Source: Candidatus Eiseniibacteriota bacterium (GTDB lineage: Bacteria > Eisenbacteria > RBG-16-71-46). Taken from it: a DNA stretch of 64,000 nucleotides. Below are positions 63,258 to 64,000 of the stretch, in pieces; the first letter of the stretch is position 1, and every line of letters begins with the position of its first letter. The notes beneath the pieces are model-generated. The model saw only the letters and a program-made list of their open reading frames with translations, was not told the DNA's origin and ran no database searches. The stretch lies in NCBI GenBank assembly GCA_044223005.1, contig JBGAML010000003.1:96001-160000 (forward strand), written 5' to 3'. The translations under genes were made by a program, and so were the position numbers.

Positions 63258-64000
63258 ATGCGTCGCGTCCTGATCACCGGCGTCACCGGATTCGCCGGCA
63301 GTCACCTGGTCGACTACCTGCTCGCGCAGGGCGGCTACGAGATCTACGGCATCCAGCGCTGGCGCAGCCGGACGGAGAACATCGAGCACTTCACCGACAA
63401 GATCACGTTGCTCGAGTGCGACCTGCGCGACGCCACGTCCACGCGCGACACGATCGAGCGGGTGAAGCCGGAGTGGATCTTCCACCTCGCCGCGCAGTCG
63501 TTCGTGCCGACTTCGTGGATCGCCCCGACCGAGTCGCTGACGACCAACGTCCTCGCGCAGGTCAACATCTTCGAGGCCGTGCGCCACATGGGCCTCAAGT
63601 GCCGGATCCAGCTCGCATGCTCGAGCGAGGAGTACGGCATGGTCTACCCGAGCGAAGTCCCCATCAAGGAGACCAACCCGCTGCGTCCGCTCTCGCCCTA
63701 CGCGGTGAGCAAGGTCGCGCAGGACATGCTCGGCTACCAGTACTGGATGAGCTTCAAGGTGGACTCGGTCCGCACGCGCGGCTTCAACCACGAAGGGCCG
63801 CGCCGCGGCCCGGTGTTCGTGGCCAGCGACTTCGCCAAGCAGATCGCCGACATCGAGAAGGGCCGCAAGGCGCCGGTGCTGCACGTGGGCAACCTCGAGG
63901 CGCAGCGCGACTTCACGGACGTCCGCGACATGGTCCGCGCCTACACGCTCGCGCTCGAGAAGTGCGAGCCGGGCGAGGTCTACAACATCTGCAGCGGCAA
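63258..64000 (+). CDS. GDP-mannose 4,6-dehydratase / GDP-4-dehydro-6-deoxymannose reductase family SDR (3' partial; absent from the ORF track)
   Basis: Translates to MRRVLITGVTGFAGSHL..., 'FHLAAQSFVPTSW', 'SSEEYG', 'SPYAVSK', 'FNHEGPRRG', 'RDFTDVRD'. Confidence 0.9.
   Translation, partial: MRRVLITGVTGFAGSHLVDYLLAQGGYEIYGIQRWRSRTENIEHFTDKITLLECDLRDATSTRDTIERVKPEWIFHLAAQSFVPTSWIAPTESLTTNVLAQVNIFEAVRHMGLKCRIQLACSSEEYGMVYPSEVPIKETNPLRPLSPYAVSKVAQDMLGYQYWMSFKVDSVRTRGFNHEGPRRGPVFVASDFAKQIADIEKGRKAPVLHVGNLEAQRDFTDVRDMVRAYTLALEKCEPGEVYNICSG

Overview
A very GC-rich bacterial chromosomal segment. The several secreted proteins ending in FlgD/Ig-like 'PNP...G.Y' domains suggest an FCB-group/Candidatus Eisenbacteria-like organism (inference only). 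Housekeeping content: leucine-catabolic carboxylase and hydratase genes, phoH-7TM/HD-ybeY, recO, glyQS, pyrR, mgtE, a CCA-type nucleotidyltransferase and the pyrB-pyrC-carA-carB-TPR-pyrK-pyrD-pyrF operon. Interspersed are transporters (2 OPT, 3 EamA, 1 AI-2E), large secreted proteins, four tandem TonB-C-domain genes and an ECF sigma/anti-sigma pair. I saw no rRNA, tRNA, CRISPR array, transposase or phage gene. Most notable: (1) a YHS-repeat ORF that extends upstream through an in-frame TGA, followed by a SECIS-like hairpin, to a signal peptide (candidate selenoprotein, 1832-2326); (2) a ~590-bp intergenic region made of two inverted, covarying copies of a structured element (57154-57740); (3) a PyrR site overlapping the pyrB Shine-Dalgarno (SD), with an intrinsic terminator inside the pyrB coding sequence; (4) the TonB-C array with an uncharacterised N-terminal domain; (5) two probable CTG starts. 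Product names come from motif recognition by eye, not from database searches.
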